Assembly: GCA_016700375.1 (NCBI GenBank)
Contig: CP065016.1
Coordinates: 750,001-782,000, forward strand
DNA length: 32,000 nucleotides
Direction of reading: 5' to 3'
Source of the DNA: Candidatus Saccharimonadota bacterium
GTDB lineage: Bacteria; Patescibacteriota; Saccharimonadia; Saccharimonadales; UBA4665
Both the position numbers and the translations under genes were made by a program. Shown one piece after another: positions 1 through 9,759 of this stretch. The first letter of the stretch is position 1. Each line of letters starts with the position of its first letter. The notes below the pieces were generated by a model, which was not told where the DNA came from, searched no databases, and was given only the letters and a program-made list of their open reading frames with translations.

Positions 1-360
1 GTCATGGCCAAGCGCATATTGCCCAAAATAGACGCGCTAGTGAGCGAGGGTGCACGTACTGTTATAGCCGACGGTATATATAGCTGGGCAGAATACAAAG
101 TGTTCAAGGAGCGGTACGGCAAAAATGCTGTCATTATCGCCGTGGCGAGCGCGCGCCAGACACGACACGAACGTCTGCGTAACCGCCCCGTTCGGCCGCT
201 AAATGAAGAGGAGGCCACCGCACGCGAATACGCCGAAATAGAAAATAGCGATAAGGGCGGCCCCATTGCAAATGCCGACCATACCGTCATCAACGATTCC
301 TCTCCCGAGGAAACATACGCTCAGCTCGAAGCCATTCTCCGTGCGCACAGTCTTGCCTAG
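1..360 (+). CDS. P-loop nucleotide kinase-like protein, C-terminal part (gene runs off the left edge)
   Basis: The frame is open from base 1, with stop TAG at 358-360. The tail ...RHERLRNRPVRPLNEEEATAREYAEIENSDKGGPIANADHTVINDSS resembles the C-terminal region of small CoaE/UPF0200-type kinases. The P-loop would lie upstream of the window. Confidence 0.45.
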   Translation, partial: VMAKRILPKIDALVSEGARTVIADGIYSWAEYKVFKERYGKNAVIIAVASARQTRHERLRNRPVRPLNEEEATAREYAEIENSDKGGPIANADHTVINDSSPEETYAQLEAILRAHSLA

Positions 361-419
361 GAAAAGTGGAACGAGGTAAAACTATTCTCTGTTAATTTCG
401 CATCCCAGACGAAATAGCA

Positions 420-1196
420 CTACAAGTTAATCCCGAGGACAGCGGCAAAATCAACGTAAGAATCACGGATTATATCGGGCTGATAATCAGCAGTCGCTAG
501 GCCCTCGGGAGCGAACCGCGAGGTAATGCCGCACGCGTACAAGCCAGCTTGTTTGGCAGATGCAATGCCTTTCGGGTCATCTTCGAACGCCAGTACCTGC
601 AGCCTGTTTTCATCTGCCAAACCGAGCGTGTCGAACGCTGATTCAAAAGACTCGGGGTCTGGTTTGGCATGCACGAAATCCTGTCTGGTAATAACCCGGT
701 GTTCTGTAAACAACGTATCGAGCTTAGTCATTCGCAGAAATGCCCATACGTCTGCCCGCTGCGCGCCACTGGCTATAGCAATTGCGCCGTCCGTCAGCAC
801 ATACACTGCCTTCACAAACTCCACCGCCATCGGCAGCGGCGCTCCAAACTCATGTAAAACCGGCTCGTATAGTTCGTGTTTACGCTGCGCAATTTCCTGG
901 AGCAGGGCATGTTTGTGGTCAATAACCGGTGATTGAACCAGGCCAAGCTCATAAAACAGCTGCCATATGCCACCCTCTATACTATGCTCACGAGCGCGCT
1001 GTATGACGTGCTTGTTATGTTCCTCTGTCGTTTCAGCCAGCTCACGAATACCGTACTTCTCACCAACTTCACGCAGGGCAAGTAGCCGTGCATATTCGTG
1101 CAGGCCAAGGTTATGAGTCTTCGGGTAGTTGTCGAGAAGCGTGTCGTCTATGTCAAAAATAGCGCCAAGCGGCTGGAACGGAAGCATGTCAGACAT
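420..1196 (-). CDS. HAD-superfamily hydrolase (capped type)
   Basis: 258-aa ORF. HAD motif I FDIDDTLLDN lies near the N-terminus, and there is a C-terminal acidic motif AFEDDPKGIASAKQAG. The ATG shares one base with the stop of the upstream M48 gene (TGATG). Confidence 0.8.
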   Translation of the reverse strand: MSDMLPFQPLGAIFDIDDTLLDNYPKTHNLGLHEYARLLALREVGEKYGIRELAETTEEHNKHVIQRAREHSIEGGIWQLFYELGLVQSPVIDHKHALLQEIAQRKHELYEPVLHEFGAPLPMAVEFVKAVYVLTDGAIAIASGAQRADVWAFLRMTKLDTLFTEHRVITRQDFVHAKPDPESFESAFDTLGLADENRLQVLAFEDDPKGIASAKQAGLYACGITSRFAPEGLATADYQPDIIRDSYVDFAAVLGINL

Positions 1197-2797
1197 CAGA
1201 GTGAGCTAGTTGCTTTGGCTTGTGCAAACGCAACAAGCCCGCCGATAGCGATGAGTAACACCGCCCACACGAACGACCACGCGCGGCGGTAGCTTTTTAT
1301 AGGTTTTTGCCCCTGTATTTCCATACGTTGCAGCACGAGTGCCGAGGCAATACTGCGGTAAAACCAGCCACTGGCCGCTGCTTGCTGCCCAAGCAGTTTC
1401 TTCACCTTTTTCAGGGCAAAAAACAAGTTGCCAAAGAAGCTAAAAACCGAGTGATAATCCATAAAAATCAAACCAGTTTTGTCCTGAAACATCAGGTCTT
1501 CGCCAAAAACATAGCCAGGCACACCACGCCCAACAGGCGCACCTGTGAGGGCTACTGCTTTACCGCGCAGTGGCGAGGCGTATGGGTTACGCATTTCGTC
1601 TAGTACAGTCGTTTGTACTGGCTGCGCCGATGGGTAGCGGTATAGTGTTTTTGCAATCAGCCCAGCACCAAATACGGCGAGCCCGACACCAAAATTCCGT
1701 GTCGAGAAACCCGCGCCTATCCCGGCCGCGTACGGCAGTAGCATAATACCAAGATCGCTCCACAGCACCGACCACAGCCGACTCTTGTCGAGCATGACGC
1801 GACTCGCTGCAGCCTCGACATCGTAGCTAAAGATTCTCCCAGACTTGCTTGGCATTTTACTCAAATGCTGCACACGACGCCCCGTGAGGGGATGAGTCGA
1901 GTTTAGCTCTATCAGTTTCGCCCACGGGCTGTACGCATCGAATAGCATTGCTTCGGTCACCGCATGCCTGTCGTTGTTTGTAATATACGAAACACCTCCC
2001 GTATGCTTGGCATCTTTGACGTCTACCAACCCCATGTGGCGCGTGCTATGAAGCAAACGATTCGTTGCGCCCGTATCTTCTTCGCTGACTATGCCGTAGG
2101 CGATTTTTATAAGCGCGTTACTCAGGTCTTCCGGCTCAGCGACCTGGGCACCGAACTTGTCTGCCAGCAACTCGCGTGTCCGGCTCAAGAAAAGAAGCAG
2201 GTATGATGCAATGATATAAAGAATGTATGCAATAAAACCGATGGCGGCCAGGTTGCTTTTGCGGTCGCCCTTGCTGCGTGAAAGCCAAAAGTACATCTCG
2301 TACAACAGCTGCACGAGCGTACTCGCTATCATCATTACTATGAAGTCGCGGTTCACAATATGCCCCATTTCGTGACCCACAACGGCCCGCTGTTCTCCGG
2401 TGTTGAGGTACTTAAACAGCCCCTGGGTGACGATGAGGCGAGAGTTGTACCGGCCACTCCCATAGCAAAATGCTGTCGGGTTGTTATCTGGGATAATGCC
2501 GACCTTCGGGTGCTTAAAGTTATACTGCGCCGCGACCGATGCAATGAGTTCGGCTACCTCAGGGTGCTCAGCTGCAACTTCTTCGGGGCTCATAAACCGC
2601 ACTTTGTAGAAAAACTTGTTTATCCAGTCAGTTACCCAGGGCCCCACCAGCCACATGAGAAAGTTGAAAACCACCGTCAGACCCATGGCCAACCATAGAT
2701 TCACCGAGTCCGTCTGGAGTAAAACCAGCATGACTATAAAGAACACAAATGAAAATATCAGCCCCAATGTAACCAACGATGCCCCAACAAGTTTCAT
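1196..2797 (-). CDS. M48-family zinc metalloprotease (HtpX-like), long form
   Basis: 533-aa ORF with GGAG 6 nt upstream of the ATG. It has an HEMGH (HExxH) motif plus a downstream RELLADKF glutamate motif, flanked by TM helices as in HtpX. The C-terminal half (about 250 aa) is unusually long and carries extra hydrophobic segments. Confidence 0.8.
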   Translation of the reverse strand: MKLVGASLVTLGLIFSFVFFIVMLVLLQTDSVNLWLAMGLTVVFNFLMWLVGPWVTDWINKFFYKVRFMSPEEVAAEHPEVAELIASVAAQYNFKHPKVGIIPDNNPTAFCYGSGRYNSRLIVTQGLFKYLNTGEQRAVVGHEMGHIVNRDFIVMMIASTLVQLLYEMYFWLSRSKGDRKSNLAAIGFIAYILYIIASYLLLFLSRTRELLADKFGAQVAEPEDLSNALIKIAYGIVSEEDTGATNRLLHSTRHMGLVDVKDAKHTGGVSYITNNDRHAVTEAMLFDAYSPWAKLIELNSTHPLTGRRVQHLSKMPSKSGRIFSYDVEAAASRVMLDKSRLWSVLWSDLGIMLLPYAAGIGAGFSTRNFGVGLAVFGAGLIAKTLYRYPSAQPVQTTVLDEMRNPYASPLRGKAVALTGAPVGRGVPGYVFGEDLMFQDKTGLIFMDYHSVFSFFGNLFFALKKVKKLLGQQAAASGWFYRSIASALVLQRMEIQGQKPIKSYRRAWSFVWAVLLIAIGGLVAFAQAKATSSL

Positions 2798-2945
2798 AGC
2801 AATCTCCTTCTACACAAAGTGTAGCAGATTACATATGCATAAATATAATAGCGTCGATAAAAAAGCGCCAATCCGCAGACATCCTGAATTTCCCGTTTGT
2901 TTTTCGTTAGCCTGTTAACACTGACTTGTTGGCGAATACAGAGAG

Positions 2946-3788
2946 CTAGGCAGCGACCCGTCGTTCCATAATAGCCTTAATGGTTCGCAAATCTGGCACA
3001 ATAATCTTTGCCGGTGCGCCCTTAAAACCATCTGGTGACATATTTGAAGTTAGCCCTATGGCAAATTCACCTGATTTGCTTGCTGCGATAACTCCACCAC
3101 GAGAATCATCAACCGCGACCGTGCGCAATCGCTCTCGGGCATCTTGTTTTGCATTACCAGACGAAGGAATTTGAAGCCTGTGATATGCCGTATCAAACAC
3201 CTCGCGGTTAGGTTTTGGCTTACTAACAAGCTCGCGCGCAACAATTCTATCTTCAGGCATATACACATCGAGACCGAACCTCTCAAGAACAATAGCGATA
3301 TCACCAGATTGAGCCATGCTTGCAATTGCTAGACCGTGCGGTAGTCTCTCATAACCAAACTGCATCAGTTCCCTTGCACCAGGATTAAGCTCTACGTGTG
3401 TCTTAAGTAATTTTGTGTGTAGTTCTGTGCGCTTGTCTACTATCTTCACAAGCCACTCATTTGATGCATCATAGTCCTTATGGCTCCTAAACACACCTGC
3501 CTTGTGAAGGAGGTACGCTATCGAACCTTCTAGTGTTGGCTCGGCGGCTTTAAGGTATGATTCCTCACTCTGTTCAGGAGTTAAGCCAATAAGGGTTTCG
3601 TTCCCCATCTCAATACCAATCTCCCGTGCCGCTAATATTCGGGATATATCGTGAATTCTTTGGCCTTTCTGCTTGCCCTTTGTAATAAGTGGCGATGTTA
3701 TGGTGTCATCAAAATCGAGAATAAGCCCGTGGAAACCGGCCTCGGGAAAGTCAACGCCATCAGTAAATACACTCTCAGTTAAACGCAT
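2946..3788 (-). CDS. HAD-superfamily hydrolase, paralog of 420-1196
   Basis: 280-aa ORF with motif I LILDFDDTITS and a late acidic motif VAVDDSRGGVIAASKSG. It is collinear with the 420-1196 protein, including the helical cap after motif I. Confidence 0.7.
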   Translation of the reverse strand: MRLTESVFTDGVDFPEAGFHGLILDFDDTITSPLITKGKQKGQRIHDISRILAAREIGIEMGNETLIGLTPEQSEESYLKAAEPTLEGSIAYLLHKAGVFRSHKDYDASNEWLVKIVDKRTELHTKLLKTHVELNPGARELMQFGYERLPHGLAIASMAQSGDIAIVLERFGLDVYMPEDRIVARELVSKPKPNREVFDTAYHRLQIPSSGNAKQDARERLRTVAVDDSRGGVIAASKSGEFAIGLTSNMSPDGFKGAPAKIIVPDLRTIKAIMERRVAA

Positions 3789-3807
3789 ATGTTGGTGTAT
3801 TATATCA
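3789..3807 (-). promoter_or_regulatory. Extended -10 promoter (TGaTATAAT) for the HAD gene starting at 3788
   Basis: The minus strand reads G-TG-A-TATAAT-acaccaacat-ATG. That is a perfect -10 box with a TG extension, 10 nt before the ATG, and no SD. Confidence 0.55.
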
Positions 3808-3831
3808 CTTTATTCTTATATAAGCAAAAAT

Positions 3832-4944
3832 CTACTTAATGTAGTCGTGGAGTTTGCGGGCGTCTTTGTGCTTGCGCAGTTTCGCGAGCGCTTTGGCTTC
3901 TATTTGACGAATACGTTCGCGGGTAACGCTAAACTCTTGGCCTACTTCTTCGAGTGTGTGCTGTTTGCCGTCTTCCAGCCCGAAGCGAAGTTTTAGTATT
4001 TTCTGCTCGCGGTCAGTAAGCGCGCTAAGCATATCTTTTACTTGTTCTTTCAGTAGCTGGCCGGTGGCAGACTCTTCTGGGGTAATTGTGTCTTCGTCTT
4101 CGATAAAGTCGGCCAGTACCGACTCCTCTTCGTCATCGCGTATGCTTGCATCAAGACTGGAAATATCCTGCTTGATTTTCATAATATGCTCTACTTTTGC
4201 CTCGTCAATTTCCATTTCCCGCGCTATCTCGGCATTGGTCGGTTCGCGGTTGTATTCCTGTGTGAGGCGACGCTGGGTGCGCAGTAGCTTGTTAATAGTT
4301 TCTACCATGTGAACAGGTATGCGAATGGTACGTGCTTGGTCGGCAATAGCCCGGGTAATTGCCTGGCGAATCCACCACGTTGCATAGGTGCTAAATTTGA
4401 AGCCTTTATCTGGGTCAAACTTTTCAACCGCTCGCAGCAAACCGGTATTCCCTTCCTGAATGAGATCCAGCAGGTCCAACCCGCGCCCAACGTAGCGCTT
4501 GGCAATCGAAACCACCAGGCGCATATTTGCCTCTGCCATCTGGTCTTTCGCCTCTTTGTCTCCCGCCACCACACGGTTCGCAAGCGCTAGCTCTTCCTCG
4601 GCATTGAGCAGCGGTATTTTGCCGATTTCACGCAGGTACAAGCGTACAGAGTCGTCTGCAATGTCATCTAAATACGTTTGGTCCTCGAGAACAATCTCTT
4701 CTTCTTCGTCTATAAGCCACTCGTCGCTTAGGTCAGACGGTGCTGGCTCCTCTGGCGTTATCACGTCTACGCCCGCCTCGGTGAGTTCGGTGTAGAGCGA
4801 GTCCAGCAGCTCCACGTTATCTGGCACATCTGGTATAACCGCCGAAATATCTTTCGCGTCTATACTACCGGCCGCTTTAGCTTTTTCTAGCAGGCCAGCT
4901 TTGGCTTGCTCTAACTTCGATTTATCATCCTGCTTCGGTGCCAC
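3832..4944 (-). CDS. rpoD: RNA polymerase primary sigma factor (sigma-70)
   Basis: 370-aa ORF. Region 2 ([27 protein letters not shown]), region 3 and region 4.2 ([28 protein letters not shown]) are present, with an acidic N-terminus. It overlaps the dnaG stop by 20 nt. Confidence 0.95.
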   Translation of the reverse strand: MAPKQDDKSKLEQAKAGLLEKAKAAGSIDAKDISAVIPDVPDNVELLDSLYTELTEAGVDVITPEEPAPSDLSDEWLIDEEEEIVLEDQTYLDDIADDSVRLYLREIGKIPLLNAEEELALANRVVAGDKEAKDQMAEANMRLVVSIAKRYVGRGLDLLDLIQEGNTGLLRAVEKFDPDKGFKFSTYATWWIRQAITRAIADQARTIRIPVHMVETINKLLRTQRRLTQEYNREPTNAEIAREMEIDEAKVEHIMKIKQDISSLDASIRDDEEESVLADFIEDEDTITPEESATGQLLKEQVKDMLSALTDREQKILKLRFGLEDGKQHTLEEVGQEFSVTRERIRQIEAKALAKLRKHKDARKLHDYIK

Positions 4945-6709
4945 TATCGTCTCCTTGTTCTATTCGTAATAATTGGTCGAGGCCGCGAACCTGCTCCAGC
5001 AGCTGTGTCGCTTCCTCTGGTGTCGCTGTTTGTAGCGCTGCGCTCAGCGTTTGTTTTTGCATTCGAACATATTGGTGTATCAGCGTAGCCTGCAAACGTT
5101 TCGCTTCACTTCGAAGCTCGAGAGGCTCGACATCCTGATACAGCGTCTCATAGACTAATGACAATATTTTAGCATACTCTGCAATCTGTTGCACTTCTTC
5201 TTGGTCGCTGCCGTCAAAATCCGGGTGCTCAGCCAGAAACTCAAAGGCGTGGCGAGCGTCGTCGTCTGTAAACATATCTGGGTCAAGCGGATACAGTACA
5301 TGCCGGAGGCTCGGCTTCATAAGCGCCAGTGCAATCAGCCGTTCTTCCACCTTCACTTTGTCTAGGATGGCCTTTTCGACAGAGGTGGCCTTCACCTGGG
5401 ATGGTCGACGACGAAGAGGCGCTGTCTCGCTGGGCGCACCAGTCAGCTTCGTCGCCAGCGCGTCTTTGCTGACACTCAGCAGCTCAGCAAGCCGCCCAAC
5501 ATAGTGGTCTTGCTCGACGCTGTCGGGCAACTGCCGCACAACTCTAAGTACCACGTCGCTCAGTTCACGTTTACCGAGCGCCGTCGACAAATCGAGCATG
5601 GCGCGGTAGCGGTCTATAAGCCAATCCAGCGCGTACTGGGGCTGCTCTATGGCCGCTTGCCACGCGGCAACATCCTGTTTTATGAGTTCATCTGGGTCTT
5701 TTCCGGTCGGTATGCTTATAACACTTAGTTGCAAACCACCGACTTTCCCAGCAATAGGTATGGCTCGTTCGGTAGCGGCTATACCTGCTTTATCGGCGTC
5801 AAAACAAAGGCGAATATCGCCCGTTAGACGACTAAGTGCCTTCAAGTTTGGCTCGGTGAGTGCCGTTCCGGCTGTAGCGACCACTTGGCGAACGCCAGCC
5901 TGGTGACTCGCAATAACATCGAGGTTGCCTTCTGCCAGAACCACATATTTTGTCTTGCGTATAGCGTCTTTGGCGAGGTGCAGCCCAAACACATGACGGC
6001 TTTTGTCGTACAGTGGCGTGCCGGGGGTATTTATATATTTCGGTGCATTTGGGTCATCGTCAAGTAGTCGTGCCGTAAAACCAATCACCCTCCCCTGCGG
6101 GTCACATAGCGGTATCATCAGCCGTCCACGGAACATATCTTGCAAGACACCGCGGTACGATTTGCTTGTTAGGCCGGCTAGCTGAATCTCTTTTTCATCA
6201 AATCCCTTCCCGCGAAGAAAATCGAGAAGAGCGCTCCCGTTATTCGGTGAGTAGCCGAGTCGCCACGCAAGCGCCGTTTCTTTCGTGAATTCCCGCTGCC
6301 CAAGCACGTACGCAAGCGCCGTCTTATTCTGACTAAACTGTGTCTGATAAAACTTGCAGGCGAGCTCACTAACCTCATACAGCCGCTCCTTCGTCTGCGA
6401 GGTCGGGCCTTGCGCACCACTCTGGCGGTACTGCTCAAGGTCGACGCCAGCCCGACGAGCAAGAATTTCGAGCGCACCCTTAAAATCCACGCCTTCCATT
6501 TCCTGAATAAAGCTAAAAATGTCGCCACCGCGCCCAGAGGAAAAATCGTGCCAAATCTGCTTATCGGGACTCACTACAAAACTGGGCGTTTTTTCGGAAC
6601 CAAAAGGACTGAGCCCCTTCCAGGTGCGCCCAGCACGCTTCAGCTGAACGTATTCGCCTATCACGTCCTCTATAGCCAGCCGCTCCCGAACCTCTTCCTT
6701 CGCATCCAT
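4925..6709 (-). CDS. dnaG: DNA primase
   Basis: 594-aa ORF with the N-terminal EKTPSF motif, the RNA-polymerase core and TOPRIM motifs ([18 protein letters not shown]), in the classic dnaG-rpoD order. The zinc-ribbon ligand positions are all substituted (see findings). Confidence 0.95.
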   Translation of the reverse strand: MDAKEEVRERLAIEDVIGEYVQLKRAGRTWKGLSPFGSEKTPSFVVSPDKQIWHDFSSGRGGDIFSFIQEMEGVDFKGALEILARRAGVDLEQYRQSGAQGPTSQTKERLYEVSELACKFYQTQFSQNKTALAYVLGQREFTKETALAWRLGYSPNNGSALLDFLRGKGFDEKEIQLAGLTSKSYRGVLQDMFRGRLMIPLCDPQGRVIGFTARLLDDDPNAPKYINTPGTPLYDKSRHVFGLHLAKDAIRKTKYVVLAEGNLDVIASHQAGVRQVVATAGTALTEPNLKALSRLTGDIRLCFDADKAGIAATERAIPIAGKVGGLQLSVISIPTGKDPDELIKQDVAAWQAAIEQPQYALDWLIDRYRAMLDLSTALGKRELSDVVLRVVRQLPDSVEQDHYVGRLAELLSVSKDALATKLTGAPSETAPLRRRPSQVKATSVEKAILDKVKVEERLIALALMKPSLRHVLYPLDPDMFTDDDARHAFEFLAEHPDFDGSDQEEVQQIAEYAKILSLVYETLYQDVEPLELRSEAKRLQATLIHQYVRMQKQTLSAALQTATPEEATQLLEQVRGLDQLLRIEQGDDSGTEAG

Positions 6710-6718
6710 ACATAGTTA

Positions 6719-6747
6719 AGTATCAATTAACAAGTACTAACTAGCAA
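6719..6747 (-). promoter_or_regulatory. dnaG-rpoD operon promoter TTGCTA-17-GATACT
   Basis: The minus strand reads TTGCTA(6747-6742)-17 nt-GATACT(6724-6719)-9 nt-ATG(6709). No SD lies in the gap. Confidence 0.5.
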
Positions 6748-6764
6748 GCAAAAGCATGTACCGC

Positions 6765-6794
6765 TTGACTCTTGTCTCTGAACTCCCGTACCAT
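6765..6794 (+). promoter_or_regulatory. Promoter TTGACT-18-TACCAT, 7 nt before ATG 6802
   Basis: The hexamers were read directly at 6765-6770 and 6789-6794, in leaderless geometry. Confidence 0.5.
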
Positions 6795-6801
6795 AAGCAT
6801 A

Positions 6802-7497
6802 ATGAATCCGAACGAACCGAATTATGGCCAGCTACCCGCGACTCCGCAGCAGGCACCCGTGCCAAGTCCGCAACCAGACGTACAACAGGCTTCTTCTGCG
6901 ACCCCAGTGAGCACAAACCCATACGACTTTATTTTGAACCCAAATGCTAACCAGAAGAAACCAACTGCAGCAAGTGCAAGCGGGCCCATGAGACTACTGC
7001 TGGGAATAGGCCTCATTGGGGGCATTCTGCTGATTGTCGGCCTCGTTCTGACGCAGTTTTTGCCGAAAGGTACCTCTGGTGAATCCCTGCTGGGTTTAAT
7101 CCAGCAGCAGCAAGAAATCATCCGCGTTTCCACGCAGGCCCAACAAGCTGCCCAAAGCGAAACCACCAAAGGGTTCGCCTACACCGTAAACCTCAGCGTC
7201 AGCACGAGTCAGCAACAATTACAGGGATACGCCACAAAAGCTGGAACAAAGATTGACCCAAAGCAGCTCAGTCTTAAACAAGACGCTACTACCGATAAGC
7301 TCCTTGAAAATGCAAAAGCAACGAGCACCTATGACAGCGCTGTTAAGAAAGTACTCTCTACTCTGCTGCAAGATTATCTAGACCAGTTGAAGGAAACGTA
7401 CAAACAAACGAGTAGTGCAAACCTCAAAAAAATACTCGACGCGAATTTTAGTGCTGGGAAGACCCTGATTATCCAAGCAGACAATGTCTCTGCCTAA
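6802..7497 (+). CDS. Hypothetical single-pass membrane protein (P/Q-rich N-terminus)
   Basis: The frame is open from TTG 6772, but ATG 6802 sits 7 nt after a TTGACT-18-TACCAT promoter. There is one clear TM helix (LLLGIGLIGGILLIVGLVLTQFL) followed by a Q/S/T/K-rich helical domain. No family is recognised. Confidence 0.6.
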   Translation: MNPNEPNYGQLPATPQQAPVPSPQPDVQQASSATPVSTNPYDFILNPNANQKKPTAASASGPMRLLLGIGLIGGILLIVGLVLTQFLPKGTSGESLLGLIQQQQEIIRVSTQAQQAAQSETTKGFAYTVNLSVSTSQQQLQGYATKAGTKIDPKQLSLKQDATTDKLLENAKATSTYDSAVKKVLSTLLQDYLDQLKETYKQTSSANLKKILDANFSAGKTLIIQADNVSA

Positions 7498-7859
7498 TCA
7501 CTGCCAGACTTGGCCGATACCAATTGGTGGCTGTGCCGAATAAGGTCTTTGACGTCGTCTTGGCCCAATTGACCGCTCAAGATGAGCGTGTTCCAGTGTT
7601 TTTTGTTCAGGTGATAGCCTGGTAAAACTGTTTCGTATTTTTCACGCAGGACAACGGCCAGCTGCGGGTCGCATTTGAGACTGAGGTTTAGCGGGTCTTT
7701 TCCTTCGGCCACAAGCGCAAACATTTTCCCTTCCGTTGGCTTCTGCGGGTTACCAACTTTGTAGACAGCCACGCCTTCGCCAAATGGATAATCCAGAAAA
7801 CTGTTTGGCATGCTTAAGATGTACTCTTCAACTTCATTATGATTCATATCAGAGGTCAT
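7494..7859 (-). CDS. MmcQ/YjbR-family protein
   Basis: 121-aa ORF. The pattern DYPFGEGVAVYKVGN...KMFALV...LSLKCDP...LPGYHLNKKHWNTL matches the MmcQ/YjbR family. Its stop overlaps the convergent 6802-7497 gene by 4 nt. Confidence 0.75.
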   Translation of the reverse strand: MTSDMNHNEVEEYILSMPNSFLDYPFGEGVAVYKVGNPQKPTEGKMFALVAEGKDPLNLSLKCDPQLAVVLREKYETVLPGYHLNKKHWNTLILSGQLGQDDVKDLIRHSHQLVSAKSGSD

Positions 7860-7871
7860 TGTAGCGTATTT

Positions 7872-8516
7872 TCACTTCATTTGCTGTATTTTTCCAGGGA
7901 ACGGCGCGAGCGAATCGATAATTTCATCTGCCCCGGCCATCTCAAGCTCTTTGCGGCTCGCAAACCTGTGCGTGATGCCTATGCACCTGATACCCGCTGC
8001 ATGCGCCGCCTGAACATCGGTAATCATATCGCCAATGGCAACTGTTTCTTCAGGCGCACAATCTAGCTGGCGGAGCGCTTCAAGCATCATGTCCGGCGCT
8101 GGTTTCGGTCGAAAACCGTCGCGCATCGCCACAACTACTTCAAAATATTGGTCTATGTTCCGATAGCTGAGGTACTCAATTGTGCGTTCATACTCCGCTG
8201 AGGTCACAACCGCCAGTCTTAAGCCAGCCATTTTTAGTTCTGCTAGGCTTTTTTCGGCGTGTTCGAAAAACGGCGCCTCCATCCAGGCAGTACTGAGTTT
8301 TGTACGGTACGTTTCGAGCCATGGCTCATACGCAACGTGCGCCGAAAGCGCTTTGTACACCTCAGAATGATGGTGGATGTGTGGCTGCAGCTCCTGCAGA
8401 CTCGGGCGCCGCCCATTATGCACCTCCACCGCGTGCATATACGCATCTATAATGATGTCTTTCGTATCCCGCAGCGTCCCATCCAGGTCAAAAAGTACGG
8501 CTTTAATCTTCGCCAT
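7872..8516 (-). CDS. HAD-IA hydrolase (phosphoglycolate phosphatase-like)
   Basis: 214-aa ORF with GGAGAGG upstream. Motif I is VLFDLDGTLRDT, motif II is VVTSA and motif IV is GDMITDVQAAHAAG. Confidence 0.8.
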   Translation of the reverse strand: MAKIKAVLFDLDGTLRDTKDIIIDAYMHAVEVHNGRRPSLQELQPHIHHHSEVYKALSAHVAYEPWLETYRTKLSTAWMEAPFFEHAEKSLAELKMAGLRLAVVTSAEYERTIEYLSYRNIDQYFEVVVAMRDGFRPKPAPDMMLEALRQLDCAPEETVAIGDMITDVQAAHAAGIRCIGITHRFASRKELEMAGADEIIDSLAPFPGKIQQMK

Positions 8517-9177
8517 TATTCAGCCTCTCCACAACGCCCGGCAGTTCTGCGAGCGAATCTATGACGTAATCTGCCCCTGCCTCTTCGAGCTCGCGCCGCA
8601 AACCAAAGCCATGCGTCAACCCAACGCTCCCTGCCATACCAGCATGTTCAGCAGTCACCACGTCTATGGCCGTATCACCGACCATGACCATAGCACTCGC
8701 TTCTATGCCAAGTCGCTTCCCAAGTATATAGATACCGGCTGAATCTGGCTTTGGCGCGCCGCTTTCATCTACCGTCACAACCGCATCAAATGTATCAGCG
8801 AGGCCAGTGTGTGCAAATATGAGGTCAACTGAGCGGCGGCTTCGGTTGGTCAAGACAGCCGCCTTGCGCTGCTGCTCATGAAGCGCATCTACTACTTGCC
8901 GGAGCGATTCATAGACCGTTATAAGCTCATACATCTCTGGTGATTGCTGGGTTTCGTGATGGAGCTCGGCCGCGCTATACGCAACCGCTTCTGGCAGAAA
9001 TTCGCGGTAACATTCCTCGAGCGTTTTGCCGATGACCGCGCGTATATCTTCACGCGTTTTTTGCACACCAAACTTCGGCAGCACTAGCTCAAACGCTTGC
9101 ACAATATGCTCAAACGTATCTATAACCGTCCCATCCAGATCAAAAATAACAGCTTTTATGCCGGGTTCATGAGTCAT
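8503..9177 (-). CDS. HAD-IA hydrolase (phosphoglycolate phosphatase-like), tandem paralog
   Basis: ATG 9177 is chosen, though TTG 9192 is also open. Motif I is VIFDLDGTVIDT, motif II is VLTNR and motif IV is VGDTAIDVVTAEHAG. It overlaps the downstream paralog by 14 nt. Confidence 0.8.
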   Translation of the reverse strand: MTHEPGIKAVIFDLDGTVIDTFEHIVQAFELVLPKFGVQKTREDIRAVIGKTLEECYREFLPEAVAYSAAELHHETQQSPEMYELITVYESLRQVVDALHEQQRKAAVLTNRSRRSVDLIFAHTGLADTFDAVVTVDESGAPKPDSAGIYILGKRLGIEASAMVMVGDTAIDVVTAEHAGMAGSVGLTHGFGLRRELEEAGADYVIDSLAELPGVVERLNNGED

Positions 9178-9745
9178 GGCTTTGCTTTGCAAACCATTCT
9201 AGATAGTGCTGCAGCTCGGCTATGCTGGCCTGGATGTCATCGAAAGCACGGTGCACTTCCTTTTTTTCAAAATTCACCCCGTACGCGCCCTGCATAAACA
9301 CCTTCCAGGCGCTCACATCCAGCATACGGTAGTGCAGCTTCAGGTCAAGCTTCGGCCAGTAGCGCGCAACGAATTTGCGGTCGTTATATATACTGTTCCC
9401 CGCCAACACCGCTGGTTCGCTCCCAAAATGCTGCTCGACGAGTGCGAGTAGTTCTTGCTCCACGACAAAACTTGGCTTCGCCGTAGCAGAATCCGATGTT
9501 TTGCGCACAAATTCATCACGGTTTTCTGGATACCCCTGCCACCACGCGTTTTTTTGCATTCGCTCAACGACAATACCGGCCGGCTGCGCCACAATTGCTT
9601 CATAGCTCGCCAGCGTGTTCAGCTCAAAGCCTGTCACCTCCGCTGCTACTTCCAAAATAACGTCTTGCGTTGCATCCAACCCCGTCATTTCCAGGTCAAC
9701 CCACAGCAACCGCGTTGGCAGAACTGATTTATCTATCTCACGCAT
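9167..9745 (-). CDS. orn: Oligoribonuclease (DEDDh 3'-5' exoribonuclease)
   Basis: 192-aa ORF with exonuclease motifs LLWVDLEMTGLD, GNSIYNDRKF and HRAFDDIQASIAEL. Length and motif order are typical of Orn. Confidence 0.85.
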   Translation of the reverse strand: MREIDKSVLPTRLLWVDLEMTGLDATQDVILEVAAEVTGFELNTLASYEAIVAQPAGIVVERMQKNAWWQGYPENRDEFVRKTSDSATAKPSFVVEQELLALVEQHFGSEPAVLAGNSIYNDRKFVARYWPKLDLKLHYRMLDVSAWKVFMQGAYGVNFEKKEVHRAFDDIQASIAELQHYLEWFAKQSHDS

Positions 9746-9759
9746 TGCTTAGTAGTATA
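9746..9759 (-). promoter_or_regulatory. -10 box TATACT, 8 nt upstream of the orn ATG
   Basis: The minus strand reads TATACT(9759-9754)-actaagca-ATG(9745). There is no SD. The box lies inside the left arm of the long inverted repeat. Confidence 0.4.

Noticed and set aside
9167-9745. The idea that orn was acquired horizontally (for example from an actinobacterial host)
   Set aside because: This cannot be evaluated from this window. The gene is embedded by overlap in the local operon, and I cannot judge composition or phylogeny by eye. It needs a phylogenetic tree.
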